Below, piece after piece: positions 61,038-64,000 of a stretch of 64,000 nt of DNA. The stretch comes from Catajapyx aquilonaris (Eukaryota). The stretch covers positions 1-64,000 of the forward strand of contig KZ538076.1 in assembly GCA_000934665.2 (NCBI GenBank). The letters are read 5' to 3'. Under the pieces are notes generated by a model. That model made no database searches, had not been told where the DNA came from, and saw nothing but the letters and a program-made list of their open reading frames with translations. Every line of letters starts with the position of its first letter. Within the stretch, counting starts at the first letter, position 1. The translations under genes and the position numbers were made by a program.

Positions 61038-63475
61038 TATGCAGGTGTACATAGACGGTTAAAATAATTCCGTAATGATATTGCGTTTTGCTAGAATAGG
61101 CCTAAGGAAATTGTGTGTGTGATAGGATTGAAGAATTATTATCCTAAAAAGCTTCCTGGCTTTTAAAAAAAATCTGGTGCGCCATTTCTCTGAAATGCTA
61201 TTCTTATATCCCTTTTAATTGTGCCTGTCTATCCATAGAGATGGGGGTGTTCATGCGAATCATGCCAGTAATTTGTAACAGTTGAGCCGCCTAAAGAGGA
61301 CGGGTTTACTTGACCTTAGGCAACATTGTAAGGCAAATGACAAAATCGAGATTAATGGCCTACATGTCACACTCAACACAGTTGATACTCTCTTGAAAAG
61401 CATAATGATTATTATTATTTTTTCAAATTGTGCTCAATGTCGTCAGCATGTGTAATGTGCAACTACTGCATATTCATAACAACATAATTTGCTTGAATGA
61501 GTCACGTGGCGTATGGGGCAGCATGGCTGATCTAGATGTGATTTCGGTTGATATGCGTCTTCCTTTTGCTGACGACGACGCGACGGTACATTTACGTGCA
61601 TCACATCAGGAGCTATTATCCCAAACTTAGAGCCGCAAAGCTATTACATAATGGGCTACCAATCATAATGAGCCATGTGCCAAAATACAAATGATAGACT
61701 GAATGCGATACGATGGGGGGAGGGGGGAGGAAGAACGCCATAGGCTCCGGAAATGACAAAATAAACCTCATGGTGTAAATGGCAGCACACTGGACTATAC
61801 GACAGGAAGTCCAGCGGTCCGAGTTCGAATCTCGGTGAGGTTCTGTCCGCCTTTTATTCCAACGAGCTGATGGGGTCATTATTCTGGCCGTCTTCCTGTG
61901 AATAAGAATTATTATTGCTCACTTCCGTAATAGGGACTACTTTCTCTGTGGTAGGGCGCGCTGGAAACCGGAAGGACGAGCACATTGAACTATTTATTTC
62001 GGCAAGGCCACTGGCTCACATATGCGGCTCAATTCCACACAAGTCTCTAATGTTCCGTCCTTCCTGTCTTCATTAACTCGGAGTCTGACCACAACTGCTA
62101 CTGAATTTTATCGGACTTGCTTCAGAGATGTGACAAAAATGGGCAAGGTCAATGAAGTCAAAGACCTCGGTTCTCTGTGGGTGTAGGCCAGTCGAGTAAT
62201 AACCATCTCTTTTTTTCCCCCTTCCCCAGTCTGCTCCTCCCATAGACACTCTACCCTCCATTTGTCAGGACGGCCTCGAAGCCGAAGGTTCCTAGCCGGA
62301 TGAAGCGAAAAGGATGTCATCAGTTAGCGAGGCACCCTATCAGGCTGTATGATGTAGATCACTTGTGCTGCCAAGCAATGTCAAAGTTTAAAATGAACAA
62401 GGAAAACAAGTCTTCGATATTATTGCTACCAATCAACCAATGGGAAAATATATAGTGTTCCATCCCATCACACAATAAACCATATTCCAACATTACAAAA
62501 TGTCGAGGCTCTGCATTGACCATGTTCATTGTTACTTATCTCACATTGTATACTCTGATAATAATTATTATTAATAATAATAAAGCAGTTCCTAAAAATT
62601 ATATTAAGCCGTTGAAACACATGGCAAGGCCACTATTAGGAAAGATGTGAGATTTGCAGGGCATATCTAGATGCGTTTCCTATATGTGATAGCTGTTGAC
62701 ACCAAACATCCAGTTCATCCTGCCCACCACAGTGGGAAAACTATAAGCTACAACTTTCCAGTAAAAGGGTTTCAATAGGGTGTTTATGAGGGACCAGTTT
62801 CTACCGTGTGTTTAATAATTAAGCTTAGTATGTGTGGAAATGTGGCGGATGCTCCTGGGTCAAGTTGGTATTCCTGAGCCCGCCAATTTGAGTCGATCAG
62901 AAGAAGCCAAAGCGCACTTTCCCCACTACTATATACTTCATTTCATCTTCCTTTTCTTCCCCTCATGGGGTCATCAGGACTTGTGTGCGTCACGACATTT
63001 CCGCCGGTACAAACGTAAGCTTGAAACACACGTTAATATAGCACACCAATTGAGCAGTGATCCAAAATACTTGTCCAATTTATATGGCTAATTACTGGCA
63101 TTAAGCTGATTATTTTAATCAGTTACTTTCCCTTTAATAATTACCATAAGTATCAGCTCTACTTTATAATAATCTGCAAAGGAGTCTGGCAAGCACAAAG
63201 TGTGTTCTGTCATTGACGTGAGCACTGGTAGATCAGTCGTGTCATAATACTACGAATTTATTGTCACTAGTTTAAAGGAATCTTTATTTCATTTCCACTG
63301 TACAGCCAATTCATTATGGAAGTCTACACCCAACTTTGCATTATATTAATCATGAACCAAACTATTTGCTGCTGGATTTTTTTTTTTCCGTTGCTGTAAG
63401 TCATAATTATGTGATATGTTCTGTCTACGATACTCTGTCGTTTTTTTCCTTTCTGTTCTCTTCATGCATTTTCAG

Positions 63476-63532
63476 CGCGCACGCGGAGAGTTCGGGCAGA
63501 GGAAATGGTTCCGGAACCCTAAGAAAGCGATG
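63476..63532 (+). CDS. Unidentified gene, internal coding exon
   Basis: Long pyrimidine tract ending ttttcag|. RARGEFGQRKWFRNPKKAM, donor ATG|GTAACG, phase 0 to 0. Confidence 0.65.
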
Positions 63533-63688
63533 GTAACGCCACGTATTTCGTCGCCCATACGCACCGACGCTTCATCCACCAACCTAAAATATTCTCTGGA
63601 CACGATTCCTCTTACTAACCAGGTTAATGCTGCTCAATTTTCAACACTGTAAAACCAGTTCTAAAAATATTCTACGGTATTTTTTTAG

Positions 63689-64000
63689 GAGCACCTTGAC
63701 CGAGGTCATCTGGAAAGCGACCTACCCTGCGATAGTTCCTCGGGCAGTCCTCCCCACGAACCATACCGTGCCAGTGCACCCCCAGCTCAAGTTGGACACC
63801 ATCCTAGCTTTATTCCTCCTGGCAGAAGCATCAGCATTCCGGACATTCACGTGAGCATACACAACCCTGTCGTGATGAGACGAAGTGTGTCGTCTCAAGG
63901 GGAGCTGCACAGCCCATCCACAGAGAAGAACACGCTACAAGTGTCCGTTGCGTACACTATGGCAGCAGCAGAGGCCATAAGCTCAAAGAAAAGCTCCAGC
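63689..64000 (+). CDS. Unidentified gene, coding exon running off the window (Ser/Pro-rich, disordered)
   Basis: Acceptor atttttttag|. 104 uninterrupted codons to the window end (EHLDRGHLESDLPCDSSSGSPP...GRSISIPDI...RRSVSSQGEL...), with higher GC than the flanks. Confidence 0.72.

Overview
AT-rich, intron-containing eukaryotic DNA. The FxGxRamide peptides, TTAGG-like repeats and insect/tick-type SINE bodies point to an arthropod, most likely a pancrustacean. Three genes can be assembled from splice sites and reading phase. (1) A 4-coding-exon tachykinin-related peptide precursor (+, 40505-43880, 255 aa) with a signal peptide and five FxGxR-amide peptides. (2) A 6-coding-exon, ~652-aa coiled-coil protein of unknown family (-, 56481-47493), with a possible shorter isoform stopping at 49031. 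(3) The 5' part of a divergently transcribed gene (+, 58714 to the window end). The ~40 kb upstream of tachykinin has no intact long ORF. It is dense with short non-autonomous DNA transposons (Tc1/mariner, hAT with clear TSDs, Transib-like with RSS-like ends, Sola-, Kolobok-like), two Helitron copies, at least three tRNA-derived SINE families and mariner transposase remnants; Merlin- and Harbinger-like elements lie in introns further on. It also holds a possible decayed gustatory-receptor gene and a candidate spliced small-ORF transcript. There is one assembly gap (53749-53996). No CRISPR or prokaryotic features were seen. All family assignments are from recognition by eye, not database searches.
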